From: a virus
Length of the DNA: 64,000 nucleotides
Strand: one strand, 5' to 3'
Virus record (IMG/VR): IMGVR_UViG_3300028840_002524
Coordinates: 32,001-96,000 of that record
The position numbers and the translations under genes are program-made. Positions 40,624-49,458 of the stretch are shown one piece after another. Below the pieces are notes generated by a model. It did no database searches. It was not told the origin of the DNA and saw only the letters and a list, made by a program, of their open reading frames with translations. The stretch's first letter is position 1, and each line of letters starts with the position of its first letter.

Positions 40624-41907
40624 ATGGACATAGATTCATATTTCATTGGAACCCTCCTCGCCGAGGGGGACCCCACACAACTCAAGGGGATCAAGCAGGA
40701 CCTCTTCGACGATGAGTGGCAGGACGTGTACGAGTACGTCGTGGGGTTTCTCAAGAAGTACGGCCGCCTCCCCCGCATCGAGACCGTGACGGCCCAGAAG
40801 GGGGTCGAGATCGAGGCGGGCAGCGAGCCGATGCGGTACTACGCCGACGAGCTCCGAAACCGGTCCATCCGAAATGCCCTGTCCAACGGCCTGCGAGAGA
40901 AGGTGTTTGCATCCCTCGACCAGGACAACGTGCCCGAGGCGTTCAAGGGGCTCAAGCACGTGGTGGCCGACCTGTCCAGGCGATACTACAACCGCGAGGA
41001 AACAGGTTCGGTGTCCATGCGCGAGGGCGTCAAGGATAGGGTGGCCTACTACCGGGAGCGCAAGGCGGCGAAGGGGGTCCTCGGGCTCCCCACCCCGTGG
41101 CCCACCCTCACCCGGGTGACGGCCGGTTTCCAGGGCGGCGACGTGATCGTGATCACGGCAAGGCCAGAGATCGGGAAAAGTTGGCTCGCCCTGATCATCT
41201 CCGTTTTCCTGACCCTCGCGGGGTATCGGGTGGTGTTCTCCTCCATGGAGATGAAACCCAAGAAGGTGGGCATTCGGATGGACGCCATCGGTTCCCGCAT
41301 CTCATCGGACCGCTTCCGCCGGGGCGTCCTCACGGCCGAGGAAGAGGCCCGGCTCAAGGTGTGGTACAAGCGGTGCCTGAACGATGAGAGCATGGGCGAG
41401 TTCTTCGCCTACGGGTCCTCGGACGTGGAGACCGTTGTGGACCTCGAACTCAAGGTCCTTGAGGACAAGCCCGACATCGTGGTGTGGGACTCTTTCTACC
41501 TCGCCAGCGAATCGCCCGACTGGAAAGACATGGCCCAGCTCACGCGGGATTGCAAGAGGCTCGCCGAGCGACCGGACATCGACGTGCCGATCATCCTGAT
41601 CACCCAGCTTAGGCGCACGGTAAAGAAAACGGACCGCAAGGCCGACACAGCCGACCTCGCATTTACACAGAGTATTGTCAATGACGCCGACGTGATCCTC
41701 AGCCTCTTTAGGACCTCCGACATGGAGAACCTGAACGAGATGCTCATCCGGTCCATCAAGATCAGGGACGGCGTGAAGCTCAAGGAACTCCTGATCCAGT
41801 GGAACCTGGACACCATGGACTTCTCTGAGATTTATGCCAAGTTCACCGGCGGCACGAGCGGCCAGAAGTTCGACGAACACAAGGAGTCCAAGAAGGATGA
41901 AGATTAA
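40624..41907 (+). CDS. dnaB: replicative DNA helicase
   Basis: 'ARPEIGKS', 'SMEM', 'VWDSF', 'TQLRR', 'SIVNDADVI', 'KIRDG'. Confidence 0.93.
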   Translation: MDIDSYFIGTLLAEGDPTQLKGIKQDLFDDEWQDVYEYVVGFLKKYGRLPRIETVTAQKGVEIEAGSEPMRYYADELRNRSIRNALSNGLREKVFASLDQDNVPEAFKGLKHVVADLSRRYYNREETGSVSMREGVKDRVAYYRERKAAKGVLGLPTPWPTLTRVTAGFQGGDVIVITARPEIGKSWLALIISVFLTLAGYRVVFSSMEMKPKKVGIRMDAIGSRISSDRFRRGVLTAEEEARLKVWYKRCLNDESMGEFFAYGSSDVETVVDLELKVLEDKPDIVVWDSFYLASESPDWKDMAQLTRDCKRLAERPDIDVPIILITQLRRTVKKTDRKADTADLAFTQSIVNDADVILSLFRTSDMENLNEMLIRSIKIRDGVKLKELLIQWNLDTMDFSEIYAKFTGGTSGQKFDEHKESKKDED

Positions 41908-42424
41908 CGCGGCAATCTATTGCGACGGCTCGTGCCCCATGAACGCGGGCTCCTCTCCGGAAACCCCGGCCGGGTGGGGTTTCGTCGTGGTGAAGCGGGA
42001 TGACATCTTCGAGCACACGCCGGGCAGGGAGTGGGTGGCGGAGTACGGCGCCGTCGTGGTGGACCCACGCGGGGCCGGGTACGAGGGTGCGGAGCACGGC
42101 TCGAACCAGACGGCCGAGCTCACGGCCGCCATCAAAGCCCTCGCGTGGGCGTACCACCGCCGGGACGCCATCGGCCGACTCGCCCTGTTCACGGATTCGA
42201 AGTACGTCAAGAACCTCCTTCTGCGGCAATGGAAGTGGGATGACAACGGGGAGATGGACAACAAGGCCCTCGTGCTCAGGGCCCGGGACCTCCAGGATGA
42301 TGTGGATGCGCGGGTTCGGTGGGTGAAGGGCCACTCCGGGATCTACTGGAACGAGCGTGCCGACGGCCTTGCTCGGGAGGGCCTCCTCGTGGCGAAGCAG
42401 AAGATGAAATCGAGGAAGGGCTGA
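41897..42424 (+). CDS. rnhA: ribonuclease HI
   Basis: 'YCDGSC', 'NQTAEL', 'TDSKYV', 'WVKGHSG..WNERADGLA'. Confidence 0.95.
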   Translation: MKINAAIYCDGSCPMNAGSSPETPAGWGFVVVKRDDIFEHTPGREWVAEYGAVVVDPRGAGYEGAEHGSNQTAELTAAIKALAWAYHRRDAIGRLALFTDSKYVKNLLLRQWKWDDNGEMDNKALVLRARDLQDDVDARVRWVKGHSGIYWNERADGLAREGLLVAKQKMKSRKG

Positions 42425-42431
42425 AATCGGC

Positions 42432-43439
42432 ATGGATCGAGAGAGCATCCTCAAGTTGGCCGGTCTCCTCGGGATCAAGGCAGCGAGGGGGCGTGGAGCT
42501 AACATTCTGTTACAGTGCCCCTTCGCCGAAATCACCGGAGGCCACGCGAGCGCCGACGATGCGCGGCCGTCCTTCTCGGTGCTCGTGGACGATGCAGGTC
42601 CCTCGGCCTGCAACTGTTTCGGCTGCGGAACCCGGGGAACCCTTGTCTCGGTGCTGGCGAAAGCGGCACGGAAGCACGACGGGTTCGATGAGGCCCTCGC
42701 GTTTGCCAAGCGCGTCGAGAAGTACGACTTGGAGCGCGGCCTGGAGCGTGCCCTCCACCACGGCCCGAGAATTAGGGAGCGCGAGGGGGAGGGGGCGGCG
42801 TTATCGCGTACGCTCGCCCGATTCGTCCGGGCCTGCCAAGTCCACGTGCCCGGCTACGCCCTGGAGCGGGGCCTCACGCGCCACGAGATCGAGCGGTGGA
42901 ACGTCGGCCTCGACGTGTTCGAGTACAGGGTGACCTTCCCGGTGTGGGACCGCGATGGCTCTCTCGTTGGGGTAATGGGGCGCACGGTCGTGGAGGGGGT
43001 CGAGCCGAAATACCTCGCCTACCACCAGTTCTCCACCGGTGAGCATTTCTACGGGGAGCACGATCTCGACATGACCGTGGATGAGGCCGTGATCGTCGAG
43101 GGCGGCCTCGACACCATCGTGACGCGCCGATTCCACCCCAACGCCCTCGGACTCCTCGGCCTGCGGCTCACCCCGGAGAAGCGAAAGAAGCTCAAGAAGT
43201 GGTTTTCCTCCGTGACGCTCCTGCTCGATTCCGACGCGGCCGGGACGGTCCAGGCCCTCTCCGAGGACGTGTTCACGATTCGGATGGGTCTCTGGCTGTC
43301 CAAGGTCATGCGGCTGTACGTCGCTATGCTCCCGTCCGGTGAAGATCCTGCGAGCGCCCCGGATGCCGTCCCGACGGCCTTAAAAAATCGAGTGCTTTGG
43401 GACTCTCTGGGACTCGACAAGTCGAAACTGATATGCTAA
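42432..43439 (+). CDS. DNA primase (Zn finger + TOPRIM)
   Basis: 'CPF...H...PSF...CFGCG', 'PKYL', 'VEGGLD', 'DSDAAG', 'DP'. Confidence 0.92.
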   Translation: MDRESILKLAGLLGIKAARGRGANILLQCPFAEITGGHASADDARPSFSVLVDDAGPSACNCFGCGTRGTLVSVLAKAARKHDGFDEALAFAKRVEKYDLERGLERALHHGPRIREREGEGAALSRTLARFVRACQVHVPGYALERGLTRHEIERWNVGLDVFEYRVTFPVWDRDGSLVGVMGRTVVEGVEPKYLAYHQFSTGEHFYGEHDLDMTVDEAVIVEGGLDTIVTRRFHPNALGLLGLRLTPEKRKKLKKWFSSVTLLLDSDAAGTVQALSEDVFTIRMGLWLSKVMRLYVAMLPSGEDPASAPDAVPTALKNRVLWDSLGLDKSKLIC

Positions 43440-43442
43440 GAT
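43414..43442 (+). promoter_or_regulatory. sigma70-type promoter for SSB
   Basis: TCGACA-17 bp (ending TGATATGC)-TAAGAT. Confidence 0.65.
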
Positions 43443-43455
43443 ATGAATCATTGGA

Positions 43456-43488
43456 AGCCTCATAGTAGGTTCAGAGCCTCATAGTAGG
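43456..43488 (+). repeat. 14-bp direct repeat AGCCTCATAGTAGG x2 in SSB leader
   Basis: Exact copies at 43456-43469 and 43475-43488. Confidence 0.85.
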
Positions 43489-43510
43489 CACAAGTTTGGA
43501 GGACACAGGT

Positions 43511-44407
43511 ATGGGATTCGCAACACGCGGGATGGGGGAGGCGAACAACGTCCCTTCCTCATCGAGGGTCAAGCCGCAGTTCGAAAAGCGTCTCTTCCTT
43601 CGCCCTGGGGATGAGATGGACATCGTTCTGCTGGACGACAATTCATTCAACATCTGGGAACACGGGATGTTCCTCAAGGGCGACAAGCAGGCGTCCAAGA
43701 TCAAGGTCACCTGCCCCGACGGCACGGCCGACGGCGACCCCAAGGAGTGCCGAATCTGCAACGCCATGATTCGCCACGACCTCATCGGCCGCAACTGGAG
43801 AGGGTTCCTCACCGTCGTGGACCTGTCCAAGCGCACCTGGAGAGGCAAGACGTACGTTGACGTGAAGAAGCTTCTCCCGCTGGACAAAAAGACGGCCATG
43901 ATCCTGGAGCGCAAGCGGGACAAGCGCGGATCCCTGGTGGGGGCGCAGATGCACCTCTACCGCACGGACGGGAACTCCAGCTCCGTGGGCGACGACTGGG
44001 AGCTCGTGGACATCGAGGACCCCAAGAAGCGGTTCAAGAACTCCCCCCAGATCGAGCGTACCATCGACTGGGCCAAGAAGAAGGACGGCACGATCCTGAC
44101 GCGCAGTCAGGCCCTCGCCGTGTTCTGCTCCCCTTACGACTACAACGAGGTTCTCGCCCCCGATGCCAAGAAGGTCCGGTACTTCCTGGCCTACATGGGA
44201 ATCGACGATAGCGTCCAGGGCGGCGAGGAGGAGCGCGAGGAGGAGAACAACACCGTCGAGTACGGCAATCCCGAAACGCCCCCGGACGATGGAGTCGAGG
44301 AGGGGGGAGAAGAACGCCAGCGGGCGCCTGCCAAGAAAGCCGGGAAGAAAAAGGGTGTCAAGAAGAAGGGCGTCAAGAAGAAGGGTGTCAAGAAAAAGGG
44401 ACGCTGA
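43511..44407 (+). CDS. single-stranded DNA-binding protein (gp32-like, Zn-binding)
   Basis: GGAGG RBS; 'LFLRPGD', 'EH', 'CP...CRIC'; acidic C-terminal region then KKGV tail; between primase and polymerase. Confidence 0.7.
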   Translation: MGFATRGMGEANNVPSSSRVKPQFEKRLFLRPGDEMDIVLLDDNSFNIWEHGMFLKGDKQASKIKVTCPDGTADGDPKECRICNAMIRHDLIGRNWRGFLTVVDLSKRTWRGKTYVDVKKLLPLDKKTAMILERKRDKRGSLVGAQMHLYRTDGNSSSVGDDWELVDIEDPKKRFKNSPQIERTIDWAKKKDGTILTRSQALAVFCSPYDYNEVLAPDAKKVRYFLAYMGIDDSVQGGEEEREEENNTVEYGNPETPPDDGVEEGGEERQRAPAKKAGKKKGVKKKGVKKKGVKKKGR

Positions 44408-44415
44408 TCAACGCT

Positions 44416-44439
44416 GCGGTCCCCCTCACGGGGGGCCGC
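44416..44439 (+). other. GC-rich hairpin between SSB and tRNA-like RNA
   Basis: GCGGTCCCC-CTCACG-GGGGGCCGC inverted repeat, no U tract. Confidence 0.5.
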
Positions 44440-44443
44440 GTAG

Positions 44444-44579
44444 CGCCCGGTAGCTCAGCGGAAGAGCACCCTCTCGCCTTGGACGATGCGCCGTACTTGG
44501 CGGGGCAGCCGTGGAGGTCGTGCACACCGAAGCGGTCGAGCGAGGTCGGTCAGGGGTTCGAATCCTCTCCGGGCGTCCA
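44444..44579 (+). ncRNA. tRNA-like RNA with expanded anticodon arm
   Basis: Acceptor CGCCCGG/CCGGGCG-T-CCA; T8A9; D arm GCTC-AGCGGAA-GAGC; T arm AGGGG-TTCGAAT-CCTCT; ~68 nt instead of a 7-nt anticodon loop. Confidence 0.85.
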
Positions 44580-44580
44580 G

Positions 44581-46791
44581 ATGGACGATATAGCAGAGAA
44601 AATCCTGAGTTCGCCGTGGGTCGCGGTCGATACCGAGACCGACGACGATGAGCTCATCCCGGCCTGCAAGAAGTCCCTCTATGGGGTTTCGCTCGCGTGG
44701 GGTAACCCCGAGCACCCTGTCGGGGACTATTGGTCCTTTCAGGAGGACGCGCAGGCGTTCAAGACGTTCAAGAAGCGCATCCTCGGACCGCTCTTCGAGC
44801 GAGAGGATGTGAATCTCGCGTGGTGGAACTACAAGTTTGACGCGCAGGTGCTCGGGGCCCGGGGCCTCCAGGCCAAGGGAAAGATCCACGACGGGATGCT
44901 CCTCTCGTACCTGATCGACGAAAACAACCGGCACGCCCTCAAGGCATGCGCGAAGCGGAGCCTCGGCGTTACCACGGCCCTCACATACAAGGAGTCACAG
45001 CGAGAGATCGAGGCCATCTGGAATCGCGGCCAGAAGGTCATCAAGAAGATGATCGCCACGGCGTGGAACCTCTACAGGGACCACAGAAAGACCTCGCAGG
45101 TGATCGAGGCGTTCGTGGACCCGAAGTGGCCGCTGGCGAAGCGGGCAGCATTCATGCAGCCGCCGGGGCTCAAGAAAGCGGAGGTGACGCCCCTCATAGA
45201 TAAGTTTGTACGGCCGAAGGTCGAGGTGAAAGCCGACATTGATCGGAAGAACCTCTTCGAGACGTACGCCACCCATGACGCGATATGGACCCTCCAGCTC
45301 GTGAACCTGTACCTCAAGGAGGTGGAAGAGCTGGGGCTCCTGGACGTGTTCTTCAACCTCGAAGTGCCCGTCGTGGAGGCCGTCGTTGACATAGAAACCC
45401 GGGGCGTTCGCATGGACGTGGACATCCTCCGGGACCTCAAGCGCATGTACGGCGAGGAGATCGCCAAGATCAGGTCCTCAATCGAGAAGGAATGGGGCGA
45501 ATGGTTCAACCCCGGCTCCCCTGATCAGCTCCGTCAGATTTTCTGGGGGTACTACGGTATCGAGCCCCCAGATTGGGCGATCAACAAGAAGAACAAGAAG
45601 AAGGGGAACACGGACCCCATCAAATACGCCTCGACGGACAAGCGGGTCCTCGAATGGCTCGAAGAGAACCACGACATCCCGCTCATCGGACAGGTGACCC
45701 GGCTTCGGAAGCTGGAGAAGATCAAAGGCACGTACATCGACAACCTCCTGGAGCGGGCCGAGGCCGACGGAGAGCACCGTATCCACTGCTCGTTCAACCC
45801 GACCGGAACGGTCAATGATCGGTGGTCCTCGAACAACCCGAACCTCCAGAACCAACCCCGGCCGGGAACGACCGAGGGCGTGATCAGCACGGTTTTCGAT
45901 CCGCAGACAGGAGAGGAGAGAAAGGTCCCGACGATCCGCCGGGCCTACATCCCGAGGGACGGGTACAAGTTCATCAATGCCGATTTCTCCCAGATCGAGC
46001 TCCGCTTCCTGGCCCACATCACGCAGGACCCGGCGCTCCTCAAGGCGTACCGGACATGGATGTGCCACACGTGCGGCGCCGAGGGGGAGACGGATATATC
46101 CATGCACCACTGCCCACACTGTTGGGCGGATGAGGTGGAGGCCAAGGGCCACGAGTCCATCGAAGAGGGCTTTGTCCTGGGCGAGGACATCCATTGGCTC
46201 ACCGCCGTGGCGACTGGACTCGTGGACACCTACGGCCCTGTGGAGGGGCGCTACAAAGCGAAAAACGTCAATTTCGGACTGATCTACGGGATGTTCCCGA
46301 AGCTCCTCGCGTCCATGATCGGGGTGTCCAAGGAAGAGGCCGAAGAGGTTCACGCGAGGTTCTTCCTCAAGTACCAGAAGGTGCGCAATTTCCACCACTG
46401 GGTGCGCAACACGCTGGACGACGAGGGCCGCTTCAAACTCTATAACGGCCGCTGGCGGAATTTCACCAAGGAGCGCAACCTCTGGCACGCGGGCAGGATG
46501 GAGGAGTGGCTGTGGCACGGGGTCGTGCGAGAGGCCACGAACTCGATCATCCAGGGCGGCGCTGCCCAGCTCATGAAGATGGTGGTGCGCGACCTGAGCC
46601 GGGACTTCCGCACAGGCGACTACGGAGACACCGGAATCGTCCTCCAGGTGCACGACGAAATCCTCGTGGAGTACCCGGAGGAGCGGGAAGAGCAGGTTAA
46701 AAAGCAGATCGTGGAGCGGATGGAGCGCGTAGCGAACATCGGTGTCCCGATCATCACGGACCCGGAGATCAAGACTGCATGGGCAGCGTAA
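44581..46791 (+). CDS. polA: family A DNA polymerase with 3'-5' exonuclease
   Basis: Exo 'DTET', 'NYKFD', 'YATHD'; 'SSNNPNLQN', motif A 'ADFSQIELR', B 'RYKAKNVNFGLIYG', C 'VHDE'. Start ATG 44581, not 44479. Confidence 0.95.
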   Translation: MDDIAEKILSSPWVAVDTETDDDELIPACKKSLYGVSLAWGNPEHPVGDYWSFQEDAQAFKTFKKRILGPLFEREDVNLAWWNYKFDAQVLGARGLQAKGKIHDGMLLSYLIDENNRHALKACAKRSLGVTTALTYKESQREIEAIWNRGQKVIKKMIATAWNLYRDHRKTSQVIEAFVDPKWPLAKRAAFMQPPGLKKAEVTPLIDKFVRPKVEVKADIDRKNLFETYATHDAIWTLQLVNLYLKEVEELGLLDVFFNLEVPVVEAVVDIETRGVRMDVDILRDLKRMYGEEIAKIRSSIEKEWGEWFNPGSPDQLRQIFWGYYGIEPPDWAINKKNKKKGNTDPIKYASTDKRVLEWLEENHDIPLIGQVTRLRKLEKIKGTYIDNLLERAEADGEHRIHCSFNPTGTVNDRWSSNNPNLQNQPRPGTTEGVISTVFDPQTGEERKVPTIRRAYIPRDGYKFINADFSQIELRFLAHITQDPALLKAYRTWMCHTCGAEGETDISMHHCPHCWADEVEAKGHESIEEGFVLGEDIHWLTAVATGLVDTYGPVEGRYKAKNVNFGLIYGMFPKLLASMIGVSKEEAEEVHARFFLKYQKVRNFHHWVRNTLDDEGRFKLYNGRWRNFTKERNLWHAGRMEEWLWHGVVREATNSIIQGGAAQLMKMVVRDLSRDFRTGDYGDTGIVLQVHDEILVEYPEEREEQVKKQIVERMERVANIGVPIITDPEIKTAWAA

Positions 46792-48170
46792 AGACAAAGC
46801 GCAAGGCATGGCTCGACCGGATGATCCGCGTACGGAAGGACGCCCTCCCCAAGGGGGCGATGGAGCGGATCCGGGAGACTCTCACCCTCGAAAAGAAGAA
46901 GTTCGGCGGTGAGCCCGAGATCATCCCCATCTATCGAAAGAGCGGCGCGTTCATCTGGCTGCCCAGGTTCTACGGGGTCCGGGTCCTTCGCCGGTACGGG
47001 TTCGAGATAGAGGACAGCCGGTCCGACGGGTTCCAGTTCAACATGGCCTTTCGGGGCCAGCTCGGCTCTCCGCCGTTCCCGTCGGGGCAGCCCAAGTTTG
47101 TGGAGGACATCCTCGCCGGGATCCGCGAGAACGGCCTGGGCGGCTTTGGCGTCGCGGATTGCGGAATGGGAAAGACCGTCATGGGCTCGGCCATCGCGGC
47201 CGCCCTCGGCCGTTCGACCCTCGTGCTTGTGCACCGGTCTCCCCTCGTGTCCCAGTGGCGCGAGAGCTTCCGACGGCACATCCGGGTCAACGGAAAGGCC
47301 CCGGCCGTGGGACTCGTGCAGGGGGACAGGTGTGACTTCGGACCGGAACGGCCGCTGTCGGTCGCCATGGTCCAGTCTCTCAGCGCCCGGGAGTACCCGA
47401 AGGATTTCTATCGGGCCTGGGGGCTCGTTCTCATTGACGAAACGCACCATATCCCGGCAAGAACGTGGCAGGAGGCCGTCACCAACTTTTCGTCGAGGTA
47501 CGTGGTGGGGCTGACAGCAACGCTTCGGCGAAAAGACGGCCTCCAGCCCGTTTTTACTCATGCACTGGGCAACGTGTTGGCGCACCTCCATCGGGACAAC
47601 GTGCAGGCCGACGCCCAGTTCTATGGGGTGCATTTCCTGGGGGGCGTCAAGAGCATGCAGACGTTCGGCTCGATGAACCGCACCCTCGTGGAGAAGCGCC
47701 TCGCCGTGATGCCCGGCCGAAACGAGATCATCGTGGCGGAGATCGAGAAAGCCGTGCAGGCCGGTCGCCAGCGCATCATGGTGTTTTCGGGCGTCCGGAG
47801 CCACCTCGCGGAGCTCTACGAACTTCTTCCCGTGGAGCTCAAGCGAAAGACAGGGTTCTATGTTGGGCAGCGAAAACAGGAGCAACTCGACCGCGTGACG
47901 AAAAAGACCGTTATCCTTGCCACCTACGGGATGGCGGATGAGGGCCTTGACATCGGCGACATCGACGCGGTGTTCTTGGCGACGCCCAGGCCCGACGTGG
48001 AACAGCCCGTGGGGCGGGCGCTCAGGTTTTACGTCCAGAAGATGCCGCCGATCATCGTGGATTTCGTTGACAAAATTAAGCAACTCGTAGGATGGGCGCA
48101 CCGCAGGCGTGCGCAGTACATCCGGATGGGAATCCGCCTCAGAAATGACGTTCCGGAGGCGAGGAGGTAG
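46779..48170 (+). CDS. SF2 helicase (UvsW/XPB-like)
   Basis: 'CGMGKT', 'DETHH', 'GLTATLRRKDG', 'EGLDI', 'QPVGRALR'. Confidence 0.92.
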   Translation: MGSVKTKRKAWLDRMIRVRKDALPKGAMERIRETLTLEKKKFGGEPEIIPIYRKSGAFIWLPRFYGVRVLRRYGFEIEDSRSDGFQFNMAFRGQLGSPPFPSGQPKFVEDILAGIRENGLGGFGVADCGMGKTVMGSAIAAALGRSTLVLVHRSPLVSQWRESFRRHIRVNGKAPAVGLVQGDRCDFGPERPLSVAMVQSLSAREYPKDFYRAWGLVLIDETHHIPARTWQEAVTNFSSRYVVGLTATLRRKDGLQPVFTHALGNVLAHLHRDNVQADAQFYGVHFLGGVKSMQTFGSMNRTLVEKRLAVMPGRNEIIVAEIEKAVQAGRQRIMVFSGVRSHLAELYELLPVELKRKTGFYVGQRKQEQLDRVTKKTVILATYGMADEGLDIGDIDAVFLATPRPDVEQPVGRALRFYVQKMPPIIVDFVDKIKQLVGWAHRRRAQYIRMGIRLRNDVPEARR

Positions 48171-48172
48171 AG

Positions 48173-48835
48173 ATGGCGAAGAAGAAAAAAGGACGCGGCA
48201 GGCCACCGAAGCACAAGTCTGAAAAGGCTCGGAGCAAGCATCGCCGTGAGCACGGTCTCCAGTATTACCAGGACAACAAGGAGGAGATCAGCAAGAAGCG
48301 GGCGAAGCGGTGGAAGGATGACCCGGAGTACCGGGAGCGTGTCCGCAAGCGCGGGGAGGAGGAACGTGCGCTCCAACGGGCCAAGAAGCACGAGGAGCGT
48401 CTGGGGGAGGACAAGATCAAGAGCGAGCAGTATTGGAAAGGGCGCCGCACGCTCACCCCTCGCGTGGTGATGCTCGGCGGCAAAGAGGCGACCGTTTTCT
48501 CCTCCGGGGTCCTCGGCCGTGCGGTCTACCGAACGATGCCCACAGTCCGACGGTGGATCGTCAACCGCGTGCTGCCCGGCTATTCGTGGCAGGACGAACA
48601 CGGCCGGTACTGGTTCACCAGGGAGTTCTGCCAAGCGGCCCGAAGGGCCATCGAGAAGGTGTACCTGTACGACGGGCGCCGGGGCGAGACCGTGACGAGG
48701 CAGCTCCTCATCGAGGAGCTCACGAGCGCAGGCATTACTTGGAGCCCCTTCGATGAGCCAGCCAAGAAAAAAGGGCGTAAGAAAAAAGGCCGTAAAAAAG
48801 GCGCCGGGAAGAAAGCGGGAAGTAAGTCTCGGTGA
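48173..48835 (+). CDS. basic DNA-binding protein (AT-hook-like N-terminus, MerR-like HTH)
   Basis: 'KGRGRPPK'; 'FSSGVLGRAVYRTMPTVRRWI...LP...GRYWFT'. Confidence 0.7.
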   Translation: MAKKKKGRGRPPKHKSEKARSKHRREHGLQYYQDNKEEISKKRAKRWKDDPEYRERVRKRGEEERALQRAKKHEERLGEDKIKSEQYWKGRRTLTPRVVMLGGKEATVFSSGVLGRAVYRTMPTVRRWIVNRVLPGYSWQDEHGRYWFTREFCQAARRAIEKVYLYDGRRGETVTRQLLIEELTSAGITWSPFDEPAKKKGRKKKGRKKGAGKKAGSKSR

Positions 48836-49145
48836 GATCGGGGAGGTCCTGCGCCTCGACACCCGCGTGGTCCGGACAAAGCATACCGGCGAGGATGCCC
48901 GGGTTGACGATGGCGTGGAGACCGTGATCTTCCCGCCCGGCATCCCCATCGCGCAGGTGGGGGTCGAGGTGAACCGTTCCATGGAGATCACGGGAAACCA
49001 CTGGTTTTCCTGCAAGGTGATCACAACCCGCAACGTGGTGGACACGGCCCCGGCCGTCACCGCGATGCGCGAGGAGCTCTATGAAGAGTCCCTCGAATTC
49101 ATCGACAACAAGGTGAAAGAAGCCATCGAGGAGGTGAGCACGTGA
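48753..49145 (+). CDS. hypothetical protein
   Basis: Overlaps upstream gene by 83 nt; GTGA coupling to next gene. Confidence 0.6.
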   Translation: MSQPRKKGVRKKAVKKAPGRKREVSLGEIGEVLRLDTRVVRTKHTGEDARVDDGVETVIFPPGIPIAQVGVEVNRSMEITGNHWFSCKVITTRNVVDTAPAVTAMREELYEESLEFIDNKVKEAIEEVST

Positions 49146-49450
49146 GTATCTGGATGCCCAGGAGGGCGCGTGAGCTCAAGGCCATGGAAGAGGCCCGGAG
49201 GCAGCGCGGCGGGGATATGTCCCAGGTCATCAAGGCCGAGGGGCAGGGCTGGAAACAGCTCGATGACAAGGACACGGGCGAGCTCGTGAACGTGTGGCAA
49301 TTCACACACACCAAGGGGTACGGCTTCGTGACCCTGGTGGAGGGTAGCTACAACTGGGAGGCCAACCGGGGCGACCGGCCGCCCGACCGTGGCAAATGCA
49401 GCAGCCTCGACGACGCGAAGCGCAAGGTGAATCAGCTCGTAGCGGGATAG
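49142..49450 (+). CDS. hypothetical protein
   Basis: GGAGGT RBS, GTG start. Confidence 0.6.
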   Translation: MSIWMPRRARELKAMEEARRQRGGDMSQVIKAEGQGWKQLDDKDTGELVNVWQFTHTKGYGFVTLVEGSYNWEANRGDRPPDRGKCSSLDDAKRKVNQLVAG

Positions 49451-49458
49451 GAGACACC

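Noticed and set aside
44444-44579. Ordinary intron-containing tRNA-Gly, tmRNA or attP site
   Set aside because: C at position 33, no canonical bulge-helix-bulge, too short for group I intron or tmRNA, has a full D stem; no integrase in window.
44479-44580. N-terminal extension of PolA in the ORF track
   Set aside because: Overlaps the tRNA-like RNA; exonuclease domain begins at ATG 44581.
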